A stretch of 58,615 bases of DNA from Vicinamibacteria bacterium (GTDB lineage Bacteria; Acidobacteriota; Vicinamibacteria; Vicinamibacterales; CAVVIG01). The notes below the pieces were generated by a model, which did not search any database, was not told the DNA's origin, and saw nothing but the letters and a program-made list of their open reading frames with translations. The DNA lies in contig JBGPHH010000001.1 of NCBI GenBank assembly GCA_041484265.1, positions 1 through 58,615 on the forward strand, in the 5' to 3' direction. The translations under genes and the position numbers were made by a program. Positions 16,532 through 25,302 of this stretch are shown here, piece by piece; the stretch's first letter is position 1, and every line of letters starts with the position of its first letter.

Positions 16532-19201
16532 GTGGCATTCGTTGCTGGCGCGCGTCTCGGTCCTTATGAGATTGTCGGGCCGCTTGGTGCGGGCGGCATG
16601 GGCGAGGTCTACAAAGCCCGCGACACACGCCTGGATCGCACGGTCGCCATTAAGGTCCTACCCGCCCAGCTCGCGTCCGATCCGCAGTTCCGCGAACGCT
16701 TCGAGCGCGAAGCGCGTGCCGTCGCAGCGCTGAATCATCCGCACATCTGCACGCTGCACGACATTGGTACGCAGGATGGCGTCCAGTTTCTGGTCATGGA
16801 GTATCTCGACGGGGAGACGCTAGCGGACCGCCTCAAGAAAGGACCGCTGCCCCTCGGTCAGGCTCTCCAATACGCCATCCAGATGGCCAGTGCCCTCGAC
16901 GCCGCGCATCGCGTGGGGATCACGCACCGCGATCTGAAGCCGGGCAATGTGATGGTGACGAAAGGTGGCACCAAGCTGCTCGATTTCGGACTTGCAAAGA
17001 CAGCTCCCGGTCGGGGCCAGCCGGTTCTCACGGACGCGCCGACGATGAGCACACCGCTGACCGGACACGGCACCGTTCTCGGCACGTTGCAGTACATGGC
17101 ACCCGAGCAGCTGGAAGGGCAGAGTCTCGATGGTCGGACAGACATCTTTGCCTTTGGCGCTGTTCTTTATGAGATGGTCACCGGCAAGAAGGCATTCGAG
17201 CGTAAGACGCACGCGAGCCTGATTGGAGCGATCCTGAAGGACTCACCCCCGGCGATCGCTACGCTCCAACCGCTGACTCCGCCGGCGCTCGACCGCGTCG
17301 TCAATACCTGCTTGGCGAAAGATCCGGATGACCGCTGGCAAACCGCGCGCGATTTACTAAGGGAGCTGAAGTGGATTGCGGAGGGTGCGCAAGCGGCCTT
17401 CGCCCCAACCATGACGGCTGCAGCCGTCCCATCACGGATGCATGGACGCGAACGTGTGGCGTGGATTGGTGCCATCGTCGCGTTCCTTGCAGCCAGTGCC
17501 TTTGCGCTCATCGCATTTGGGCACGCAGCTCCGCTGCCGCCCATCGTGCGCTTCGATGTCAGCACCGCTCCGACGTCGGACTCCACATCCTTTGCCTTGT
17601 CCAGCGACGGGAGTCAGTTGGTGTTTGTTGCTACCGCCGACGGCGTCTCGAAGCTCTGGCTAAGGTCGCTCGATCGAACGACCGCGCAGCCGCTCGCGGG
17701 AACGGATGGCGCAACGTACCCGTTCTGGGCACCAAGCAGTTCCTCTATTGGATTCTTCGCCAACAGCAAGCTGAAACGACTCGATCTGGCGGGTGGTCTG
17801 CCGCAGACCCTGGCCGACGCGCCGCTCGGACGTGGCGGCACGTGGAGTCAGGACGACGTCATCGTGTTTGCACCATCGGTTGCGAATCCGTTGATGCGCG
17901 TTGCGGCAACCGGCGGGGTGTCGACGCCAGTGACACGACTCGACCAAGGGTATTTGAGCAATCGGTCTCCGCAGTTCCTTCCAGACGGTCGACAATTTAT
18001 CTTCTCGGCGACGAATGGCGGCAACCAACCGAGAACGGTGTACTTAGCCTCTCTCGACGGTGGTCTTCCCAAGCGCTTGTTTCAAGGCGGCGACGCGGAT
18101 TCGGTCTATGCCCAGCCTGGGTATCTTCTCACGACCGAGCAGGGCCTCTTGATCGCTCGACGTGTGATTCTCCCGAGCGGCGATGTCGGCGATCCGATCA
18201 CAATCGAACAGCCAGTCGGGCGGGACGGAAATGGTCACGGCGCTTTCAGCGTATCCGGAGCCGGCGTGCTGGCGCACCGGGCCGCACCTGTCGATCGTCG
18301 ACAACTGGTGTGGATCGATCGAACCGGGAAGCGGCTTGGCACAGTCGGTCCTGTGGATGACGGCTCTCTTCTCAATCCTGCCCTCGCGCCAGATCAACGG
18401 CGTGTTGCGGTGAGTCGCACCGTTGAGAACAACTCGGACGTGTGGATCCTGGATAGGACTCGTGATACCCGCACACGGATCACCGTAGCCCCAGTTTTTG
18501 AGGACATGCCCGTCTGGTCGCCGGACAGCACGCGTCTGATCTTTAGACGAGGCGTGGATCTGTACGAAAGACTCGTGAGCGGCGGGTCTGAACAGAGGGT
18601 GTTCAGCCCAGAGCGCGCACCGAATGCACACGACTGGTCGCTTGATGGCCAGTTCCTCCTCTACTCCGTACTGGGTGAAAAGACCGGCAACGACTTATGG
18701 GTGCTTCCATTGACCGGCGACCACAAGCCGTTTGCCATCGCCAACACTTCCTCCATCGAGCGAAACGGACAGTTCTCGCCAGACGTACGCTGGGTTGCCT
18801 ACGACTCGAACGAATCGGGTCGTTTCGAGGTGTACGTGCAGGCATTTCCCGGTCCGGGATGGAAGGGACTGATCTCCACGGCCGGAGGGAGTTCACCCCG
18901 TTGGCGCCGTGATGGCAAGGAGTTGTTCTATCTCGCGTCAGACGGCACGATGATGGCTGTACCCGTGCGTGCTGCGGTCGACAATCAATCGCTCGAAGTG
19001 GGCACAATCACGCCGTTGTTCCGGGCACCGATTGTCTTCGGCGGACTTGCTCCTCCGCCTGGCAATCCCCGTCAGCAATATGACGTGGCGGCGGATGGCC
19101 TACGATTTCTGATCAACGTCACGGTCGACGATGTCACGGTGCCGCCGATCACCATCGTCCTCAACTGGCAATCAACGCTCGGAGCGCGCGAAAAGCGATG
19201 A
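16532..19201 (+). CDS. Ser/Thr protein kinase fused via a TM segment to a TolB-like (WD40-like/PD40) beta-propeller
   Basis: GAGGMGEVYKARD, VAIKVL, HRDLKPGNVMV, DFGLAK, APEQ. TM WIGAIVAFLAASAFALIAF. C-terminal repeats such as SPDGRQFIF, SPDSTRLIF, SPDVRWVAY. Confidence 0.9.
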   Translation: MAFVAGARLGPYEIVGPLGAGGMGEVYKARDTRLDRTVAIKVLPAQLASDPQFRERFEREARAVAALNHPHICTLHDIGTQDGVQFLVMEYLDGETLADRLKKGPLPLGQALQYAIQMASALDAAHRVGITHRDLKPGNVMVTKGGTKLLDFGLAKTAPGRGQPVLTDAPTMSTPLTGHGTVLGTLQYMAPEQLEGQSLDGRTDIFAFGAVLYEMVTGKKAFERKTHASLIGAILKDSPPAIATLQPLTPPALDRVVNTCLAKDPDDRWQTARDLLRELKWIAEGAQAAFAPTMTAAAVPSRMHGRERVAWIGAIVAFLAASAFALIAFGHAAPLPPIVRFDVSTAPTSDSTSFALSSDGSQLVFVATADGVSKLWLRSLDRTTAQPLAGTDGATYPFWAPSSSSIGFFANSKLKRLDLAGGLPQTLADAPLGRGGTWSQDDVIVFAPSVANPLMRVAATGGVSTPVTRLDQGYLSNRSPQFLPDGRQFIFSATNGGNQPRTVYLASLDGGLPKRLFQGGDADSVYAQPGYLLTTEQGLLIARRVILPSGDVGDPITIEQPVGRDGNGHGAFSVSGAGVLAHRAAPVDRRQLVWIDRTGKRLGTVGPVDDGSLLNPALAPDQRRVAVSRTVENNSDVWILDRTRDTRTRITVAPVFEDMPVWSPDSTRLIFRRGVDLYERLVSGGSEQRVFSPERAPNAHDWSLDGQFLLYSVLGEKTGNDLWVLPLTGDHKPFAIANTSSIERNGQFSPDVRWVAYDSNESGRFEVYVQAFPGPGWKGLISTAGGSSPRWRRDGKELFYLASDGTMMAVPVRAAVDNQSLEVGTITPLFRAPIVFGGLAPPPGNPRQQYDVAADGLRFLINVTVDDVTVPPITIVLNWQSTLGAREKR

Positions 19202-19393
19202 ACATCCGTCCGGATGTTCGACCCTGGACGGCGGGATTGAAGACGTAGCCGCTCGCGCGGTGGGTCGGATTCAATCTGCGTGCGGCCATGCCCGCACCAC
19301 GCGAGAAGACGCTCCGCGCGTTAGCGAACATGCGCGCGCAAACGGGAATGGCGCACGCGCACACGGGGGGTCGAACTGAGCGCGCAGGACGCG

Positions 19394-19430
19394 GGTGTAG
19401 CACTTTTCCCCTCCTTGTACGCTATACCCC
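19394..19430. repeat. Right terminal inverted repeat core
   Basis: GGTGTAGCACTTTTCCCCTCCTTGTACGCTATACCCC is the reverse complement of the left TIR, with 1 indel and 1 mismatch. Confidence 0.85.
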
Positions 19431-19445
19431 CTCACACTGCTTGAC
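19431..19445. repeat. Right target-site duplication CTCACACTGCTTGAC
   Basis: Identical to 5122..5136, in direct orientation. Confidence 0.85.
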
Positions 19446-19469
19446 ACATGTCTTAGCGGGGTCGATACT
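19441..19469 (+). promoter_or_regulatory. Putative sigma70-like promoter of the Tat-ADH gene: TTGACA - 17 nt - GATACT
   Basis: TTGACA at 19441..19446 (its first 5 nt lie inside the TSD) and GATACT at 19464..19469. GGAGGAGGG Shine-Dalgarno ~9 nt before the ATG at 19500. Confidence 0.35.
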
Positions 19470-19499
19470 CCTCCCCATCCCCGGAGGAGGGAATAAGTT

Positions 19500-20927
19500 A
19501 TGTCTATCAATCCATACGATGACGAATCAGGCGTAGAGCGACCGGGGCAGCCGGTTTCCCGGAGAGACTTGTTCAAGACCGGTGCGGCCGCCGTCGTCGG
19601 CGGCGCAGCCTCGGTCCTCGGTGGCGGCACGGCGTTCGCTCAGGCGCCGGCGGTGCAGACAAGCAGCACCGGCAAGAACATGGCGGGCACGAAGTTTCGC
19701 GCCTACGTCCGTCACGCCGACTTCAAGAGCACGACCGTCGAGACGGTGACGCTGCTGCCGATTCAGCCGCGGCAAGTCGTCATCCGCCTGGAAGCCGCGC
19801 AGGCGTGCTACACGATCGTCAATGCGCTCGCCCCAGTACCGCCGGCCCCGCCCGCGCCACCCGCACCGGGTGCGCCGCCCGCGGCGCCGCCGAATCCAGC
19901 TGCCCGCAACGCCGCGATTGTCGGCCACGGCGGCGTCGGCATCGTCGAGCAGGTCGGCTCGATGGTCAAGCGCGTCGAGGTCGGCGACCGGGTCATCGTG
20001 CCGGTCACCGCGCAGTGCGGCGAATGCTACAACTGCCTCCACGGCAAGGCCGACCGGTGCCAGTCGGGTGTCAATCGCCCGCTGCTGCCGATGGCGACGC
20101 TCGCCGATGGTTCGCCCGTCAACGGCAACCTGGGCGCGTTCGCCGAGCTGATGGTCGCGTGGGAAGAGCAGACGGTGCCGATTTTCAGCAAGCACAACGC
20201 CGTTGAGCTCTCGCTGCTGTCGTGCGTCGCGACAACAGGCTTGGGCATGGCGATGATGCGGGTACCGGTCGAGGCCGGAAGCCACGTCGTCATTTTCGGC
20301 GCAGGCCCCGTGGGCCTCGCCGCGATCCAGGGCGCGCGGATCATGGCCGCGTCGAAGATCATCGCGGTCGAGCCGATTGCGTATCGCCGTGCGCTGGCCA
20401 CGAAGGTCGGGGCGACGGCCGTTCTCGATCCGAACGTCGACGCCGCCAATCTCGTGCAGAAGCTCAGAACGATGACGACGGGAGAAACGGACCGCGCGTT
20501 TGCCGGCGGCAGAGGGCCGGCGGCCGACGGCCCCGACTTCATCATCGAAGCGGTCGGCGGAGATCGCTTCCCGCCGAAGACGGCCGAGAAGAGCCCGGAT
20601 CCGACCGGCGCGGGAGTGCTCCAGCAGGCGTGGCAACTCTGTCCGCCCGGCGGGTGGATCAGAACGTGCGGGGTCGGTCATCCCGCTGGCACCACCGTCA
20701 CGTTCCCGGCAGGCGCGTGGTCGAACGGTACCAAGCAGCAGGCCGGCGGCAATTTCGCCGGCGTCAACACCAAGCGCGACATCCCGATGTTCGTCCGCTT
20801 GATCGAAGCGGGCCAGTTCGACGCGAAGTCGATGGTGGGCAAGACCTACAAGATCGACCAGGCGCGTGAGGCGCTGCAGGCGGCGGCCGACCGCACGTCG
20901 ATCTCATCGGTGATGACCTTCACGTAA
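19500..20927 (+). CDS. Zn-dependent alcohol dehydrogenase family protein with a twin-arginine (Tat) signal and a Pro/Ala-rich insertion
   Basis: SRRDLFKTGAAAVVGGAASVLGGGTAFAQA (Tat-like RR + h-region + AxA). GHGGVGIVEQVG, structural-Zn CGECYNCLHGKADRC, Rossmann FGAGPVGLAAIQG. Insertion PVPPAPPAPPAPGAPPAAPPNPAA. Confidence 0.85.
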   Translation: MSINPYDDESGVERPGQPVSRRDLFKTGAAAVVGGAASVLGGGTAFAQAPAVQTSSTGKNMAGTKFRAYVRHADFKSTTVETVTLLPIQPRQVVIRLEAAQACYTIVNALAPVPPAPPAPPAPGAPPAAPPNPAARNAAIVGHGGVGIVEQVGSMVKRVEVGDRVIVPVTAQCGECYNCLHGKADRCQSGVNRPLLPMATLADGSPVNGNLGAFAELMVAWEEQTVPIFSKHNAVELSLLSCVATTGLGMAMMRVPVEAGSHVVIFGAGPVGLAAIQGARIMAASKIIAVEPIAYRRALATKVGATAVLDPNVDAANLVQKLRTMTTGETDRAFAGGRGPAADGPDFIIEAVGGDRFPPKTAEKSPDPTGAGVLQQAWQLCPPGGWIRTCGVGHPAGTTVTFPAGAWSNGTKQQAGGNFAGVNTKRDIPMFVRLIEAGQFDAKSMVGKTYKIDQAREALQAAADRTSISSVMTFT

Positions 20928-20959
20928 ACGCGTCACCCGGCGTGGCGGAGTAGGCATGT

Positions 20960-20994
20960 GGGCCGGGTCCTTCTGGACCCGGCCCTTTATTTTT
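20960..20994 (+). terminator. Rho-independent terminator
   Basis: GGGCCGGGTCC-TTCT-GGACCCGGCCC followed by TTTATTTTT, 30 nt after the ADH stop. Confidence 0.8.
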
Positions 20995-21022
20995 CTGGCT
21001 GTGTTTTCGACCGGAGGTTGGT

Positions 21023-22753
21023 ATGAGGCAGCAAGGAATGACGAGAATTGCCCTAGCCGCGGCTGCCACGCTGCTCGTGGTCGGCGGCGTCTTCGTTCTG
21101 CGCGGCTCTGCGCAGCGGACGCCCGAGAGCCAACTCATAGACGAAGTAGCGATCGCGCTCGGCGGCAAACAGCGCGTGCTGGGTGTGCGGACGCTCGTCG
21201 TCGAAGGCGGAGGACGGCAAGGTGATCTCGCGGCATTGATGACGGCTGACTCGCCGCTCGTCGGCTGGGAAGTTCGGTTCAAGCGAACGTACGACTTGGC
21301 CAACGGCTGGATGCGAAACTGGCAGTCCAACCGGTCCCTGTTTCCCGCCCGCTTCGATCTGCAGCCGGCAGGAGGCGCGCGAGTTGTGAACGCGCTCGAC
21401 GGAGACATCGCCTTCACGGTGCCGGCCGATGGGACGATGATGGGGGCTTGGGCCGACTCCAACCCTGACGGGCTGACCAGCATCGGATCGACGTGGGGCA
21501 TCGGTGCGGCCGAGCGTCCGGCGACGATGGAGGCCTGGCCCACCAACTATTCGAGTGGTCCGCCTCCTCCGCAACGGACCTTCGGCCAGGCGGCTGTCAC
21601 GCGGCGGCTCGACATGCTGCAGCACCCGCTGACGATCGTGCGGGCCGCGCTGAACGCCGCCCGGCTCTCGGGCCTGCATACGGAAGACAGCCGTCAGGTC
21701 TTGGACATCACCACGCAGAAGGGCGACAAGCTGACGCTCGCCATCGACAAGACCACCAAGCTGCCAGTGTCGGTCAGCCGAATGGATGGGAACAACTATT
21801 GGGGCGACGTTGTGCTCCGGACGACGTTCTCTTCGTACGAGGACGTGAGCGGACTGAAACTGCCACGGCGATTCCTGACGACGCTGGACAAGTTCTTCCA
21901 AACAGACTTCTACGTGTCGTGGAACACAGTCGATGGCGACATCGGCGATCTCGCGGCGCCGGCCTCGGTCGTGAACGCCACGCCGCCTCCGCCGCAGCCG
22001 GTGGTGCTCGTGGCGGAGGAGGTCCCGGGCGTGAACGGCGTCTGGAAGATCTGGGCGCGACAGGGCGATGTCAGGCCCGATCAGCGGCCCGACACCAACG
22101 CCACCTGTCTGATGGAGTTGTCCGATCACATGGTGCTGTTCGACGTGCCTGGCGGCGACCCCTTCGTCCAGGCCGTGATCGCGAAAGCCAAGGAGCTGCG
22201 GCCGAACAAACCAATTACCCAGCTGATTCTGTCGCACTTCGACCCCGGACACACGGCTGGTCTCCGGGGCGGCGTCGCGGCCGGCATGGAGATCGTCACC
22301 TACAAGGCCAACATCGCGATCTTCACAGACCTGGTCGGGCGCAAGCACGCGATCAATCCGGATGCGCTCTCCCAGATCCCGAAGCCGCTCAAGATCACGT
22401 CGGTCGACGACGTGTATGTCATCAAGGACGCGCTGCGGGAAATCCAGCTCTATCACAAGATTGGCGACGGCGAGAGCGCCACGATGGTCATCGCGTACCT
22501 GCCGCGTGATCGGGTCCTTGTGAATACCGATGCGTGGAACGTGATCACGCAGCAGACGCCGAACGACTCGGACTCTCCGAGCATGTTCGACAATATCGAG
22601 CGACGGCACTTGCAGGTCGAGCGGCACGTGCCGCTCCATTCGATCGGCATGCCGACGCAGGCCGAGTTTCTCAAACAGCTCGCCTACACCAGGACGCTCG
22701 AGTACCAGTTCTTCCGGCTGGCGCAGCGGCTCCGGGTCGATAACGCATTCTAG
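21023..22753 (+). CDS. Secreted protein with a C-terminal degenerate metallo-beta-lactamase-like domain
   Basis: Signal-like MTRIALAAAATLLVVGGVFVL. The C-terminal VLFDVPGG...ITQLILSHFDPGHTAG occupies the position of HxHxDH but lacks the first His. Confidence 0.55.
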   Translation: MRQQGMTRIALAAAATLLVVGGVFVLRGSAQRTPESQLIDEVAIALGGKQRVLGVRTLVVEGGGRQGDLAALMTADSPLVGWEVRFKRTYDLANGWMRNWQSNRSLFPARFDLQPAGGARVVNALDGDIAFTVPADGTMMGAWADSNPDGLTSIGSTWGIGAAERPATMEAWPTNYSSGPPPPQRTFGQAAVTRRLDMLQHPLTIVRAALNAARLSGLHTEDSRQVLDITTQKGDKLTLAIDKTTKLPVSVSRMDGNNYWGDVVLRTTFSSYEDVSGLKLPRRFLTTLDKFFQTDFYVSWNTVDGDIGDLAAPASVVNATPPPPQPVVLVAEEVPGVNGVWKIWARQGDVRPDQRPDTNATCLMELSDHMVLFDVPGGDPFVQAVIAKAKELRPNKPITQLILSHFDPGHTAGLRGGVAAGMEIVTYKANIAIFTDLVGRKHAINPDALSQIPKPLKITSVDDVYVIKDALREIQLYHKIGDGESATMVIAYLPRDRVLVNTDAWNVITQQTPNDSDSPSMFDNIERRHLQVERHVPLHSIGMPTQAEFLKQLAYTRTLEYQFFRLAQRLRVDNAF

Positions 22754-22774
22754 GTCGCGGTATAATCAGCTCCC

Positions 22775-23626
22775 ATGAACACACGCCTTTCGCTCGTCCT
22801 GGTCGTCGGCCTCGCACTTCTCGGCGGCTACGTGTACGGCCAGCAGGCCGCGCCCCAGCCCTCCAAATTGAATCTCGTGAAGGTCAAGGACGATCTGTAT
22901 GTGATTCACAACCCGTTCGTTCCCGGCAACACCACCGCCTTGATTACCAACCAGGGCGTGGTGCTCGTCGACGACAAGTTCGAGATCGATCACGACAACA
23001 TCATCGCGATGCTGAAGACGGTGACGAACCAGCCGATTAAGTACGTCGTCAACACGCACCATCACGGTGATCACTCTGGCGATAACGCGAAGATGCAGGC
23101 GCTTGGCGCGCAGGTCGTGGCATCAGAGCAGGCGCGGTTGCACATGGTGGACGGCAAGCAGGCTGGCCAGCCCGTCATGACGTTCACCGACCGCGCGTTC
23201 ATCCACCTGGGCGGCCAGGCCGTGGAGCTCTATTACTTCGGCCGCGCGCACACGAGCGGCGACATCTTCGTGTATTTCCCAGCGCAGCGGACGCTCGCCG
23301 CCGGCGACGCCTTCACGTTTGGCGACGCCACACCGCAGCTCATCGATTATCCGGGCGGCGGCAGCGCCAAAGCATGGACGGCCACGCTCGACGGCGCGCT
23401 GCGCCTCGACTTTGATACGGTCGTTCCGGGCCACGGCGATGTGACGACCAAGGCCGAGATGGCGAAGTTCCGCGACAGCACGCTCGCGATGCGGACTCGC
23501 GTGCACGAGCTCATCCTGCAGAAGAAGTCGAAAGACGAGATTGGCGCGGTGCTGAAGTCAGAGCTTCACGGGGCCCAGATGATTTTCCCGGGACTGCTCG
23601 ACGGCCTCATCGCCGAGCTCCAGTAG
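22775..23626 (+). CDS. MBL-fold metallo-hydrolase (secreted)
   Basis: Signal peptide. Canonical [14 protein letters not shown], later HTSGD and PGHGD. Confidence 0.85.
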   Translation: MNTRLSLVLVVGLALLGGYVYGQQAAPQPSKLNLVKVKDDLYVIHNPFVPGNTTALITNQGVVLVDDKFEIDHDNIIAMLKTVTNQPIKYVVNTHHHGDHSGDNAKMQALGAQVVASEQARLHMVDGKQAGQPVMTFTDRAFIHLGGQAVELYYFGRAHTSGDIFVYFPAQRTLAAGDAFTFGDATPQLIDYPGGGSAKAWTATLDGALRLDFDTVVPGHGDVTTKAEMAKFRDSTLAMRTRVHELILQKKSKDEIGAVLKSELHGAQMIFPGLLDGLIAELQ

Positions 23627-24864
23627 GTCAGCAGCGCAGCCGCCAGACCACATCCGGCGGCGAATGACAGCCACACGCCGGGCACAGCCCGATTCCCAGT
23701 CAGCTGGATCAAGTACGTACTGATGGCTGGTGTGAACCCGCCAAAAATCGCGGTCGCGAGACTGTACGCCAGCGAGAAGCCGACGGTGCGCACGTCAATC
23801 GGCATGATCTCGGTGAGGAACACGACCATCGCGCCGTTGTAGCTTCCGTAGAGAAACGAGAGCCAGAGCTCCACCGCCAACAGCTTTGAAAACGATGGCG
23901 CTGCCACCAGCCACGCCATCGCCGGATACGCAGTCGCCAGCGTCAGCAGCGTGCAGGTCACGAGCAACGGCCGTCGGCCGATTCGGTCGGACAGCGCTCC
24001 CATGATGGGGAGCCACACCAAGTTGGACGCTCCGACGCACAGCGTGACGATCAGGCTGTCAGTGGTCGCCAGGTGAAGCACGGTACTGCCAAACGTGGGC
24101 GTGAACGCCGTGATCATGTAGAACGCCACGGTCGTCATCGTCACCATCATCGTGCCGATCGCCACGAGCCTCCAGTTGGCGGCGAGCGATCGGAGGATCT
24201 CCGGCGTGGCAGGGTGCCGCCGGCGCGCGAGGAAGTCGCCGGTCTCCTCGAGCGAATGTCTGAGGCTGAAGAGAAACGGAATGATGGCGCAGCCGACCCA
24301 GAGCGGGACACGCCAGCCCCACGCGGCCATAGCCTCCGGTGACAACATGGAAGTCAGCACCACTCCAAGGAGCGCCGCGAACATGACGGCCGCCTGCTGG
24401 CTGCCGGACTGCCAGCTGACGTAGAAGCCTTTGTGTCCCGGGCTGGCAATCTCTGAGAGATAGACAGACACGCCGCCGAGCTCCATCCCCGCCGAAAAAC
24501 CTTGCAGCAGGCGGCCGGCCAGCACGAGTAGCGGCGCCAGCAGGCCGATGGTGGCGTACCCAGGCACGCAGGCGATTGACACCATGCCGACAGACATGAG
24601 GCCGAGTGTGAGCAGAAGCCCCGCGCGCCGCCCGTGCTTGTCCGTGTAGGCTCCGAGCACAATGGCTCCGAGCGGCCGCATCAGGAACCCGGCGCCAAAC
24701 GTCATCAGCGACAACATCAGCGAAACGAAGGGATTGCCGCTCGGGAAGAAGGCGGTGCCGATCGCCGAGGCGTAGTAGCCGAAGACCATGAAGTCGTACA
24801 TCTCCAGAAAATTTCCACTGGAGACGCGTACGACGGGCCAGACTTTTGATGTCCTGGCGGACAT
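23566..24864 (-). CDS. MFS transporter, metabolite:H+ symporter-like
   Basis: 12 TM-like segments. [16 protein letters not shown]-terminal motif and [10 protein letters not shown] loop typical of the MHS family. Confidence 0.8.
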   Translation of the reverse strand: MSARTSKVWPVVRVSSGNFLEMYDFMVFGYYASAIGTAFFPSGNPFVSLMLSLMTFGAGFLMRPLGAIVLGAYTDKHGRRAGLLLTLGLMSVGMVSIACVPGYATIGLLAPLLVLAGRLLQGFSAGMELGGVSVYLSEIASPGHKGFYVSWQSGSQQAAVMFAALLGVVLTSMLSPEAMAAWGWRVPLWVGCAIIPFLFSLRHSLEETGDFLARRRHPATPEILRSLAANWRLVAIGTMMVTMTTVAFYMITAFTPTFGSTVLHLATTDSLIVTLCVGASNLVWLPIMGALSDRIGRRPLLVTCTLLTLATAYPAMAWLVAAPSFSKLLAVELWLSFLYGSYNGAMVVFLTEIMPIDVRTVGFSLAYSLATAIFGGFTPAISTYLIQLTGNRAVPGVWLSFAAGCGLAAALLTYWSSAMRPSSSPGKIIWAP

Positions 24865-24899
24865 TGACCCATCCTAGGCTGTGTGCTAGGTTCCGCGCT

Positions 24900-25292
24900 A
24901 TGAGAAGAAGCGCCTCGATTCTGGCCGTGGCTCTTGGATTGTTGTGTTGCCAGACGCCCGCTTTGCTGGCGCATCACAGCAACTCTGCCTTCCAGGTTGA
25001 CAGGATCATCGAGTTGAAAGGCGTCGTCACCGCATTGAAGTGGGTGAACCCTCACATCTGGATCGATCTGACCGTCGACGACGGGAAGGGCGGGAAGGTC
25101 CAGTGGCAAGTGGAGGGGCGTCCCCCCGGGATCTTGAGTCGGGCAGGCTGGACCAGGAACTCGGTCAAGCCCGGCAGCACCGTCACCATCCACTGCAGCC
25201 CGGCCAAGGATGGCAGCCACGTCGCGCTGGTGGCGCGCGTCACGCTCGCGGACGGCACCGTGCTGGCCAACGCGCCTCCGAATAATCCGTAG
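24900..25292 (+). CDS. DUF6152-family secreted protein
   Basis: MRRSASILAVALGLL signal, then HHSNSAF...KWVNPHIWIDL...WQVEG (family recognised from memory). ATG at 24900 preferred over 24846. Confidence 0.6.
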   Translation: MRRSASILAVALGLLCCQTPALLAHHSNSAFQVDRIIELKGVVTALKWVNPHIWIDLTVDDGKGGKVQWQVEGRPPGILSRAGWTRNSVKPGSTVTIHCSPAKDGSHVALVARVTLADGTVLANAPPNNP

Positions 25293-25302
25293 GTGAACGC
25301 TG

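Larger units (their letters stand above)
5137..19430. mobile_element. Casposon-like self-synthesizing transposon (Cas1 integrase + family B DNA polymerase + HNH + HTH genes + cargo), ~14.3 kb
   Basis: TIR 5137..5172 versus the reverse complement of 19394..19430 shows one indel and one mismatch. A 15 bp direct repeat flanks the element. Internal genes include a Cas1 homolog and a PolB. Confidence 0.85.

Noticed and set aside
5137-19430. A CRISPR-Cas adaptation locus, suggested by the presence of cas1
   Set aside because: No direct-repeat/spacer array, no cas2 and no other cas gene is visible anywhere in the window. The cas1-like gene is instead bracketed by TIRs with a polB, which fits a casposon.
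19527-20681. Long antisense/off-frame ORFs throughout the window, e.g. 19527..20681(-), 21053..22639(-), 14562..15719(-), 40256..41941(+), 40647..42086(-), 46964..48619(-), 49174..50370(-), 51656..52987(-), 30589..31728(-), 3635..4519(-), 39453..40523(-)
   Set aside because: Their translations are Arg/Gly/Pro/His-rich with no motifs. They lie opposite or out of frame to ORFs with clear family signatures. They are typical shadow ORFs of high-GC DNA.
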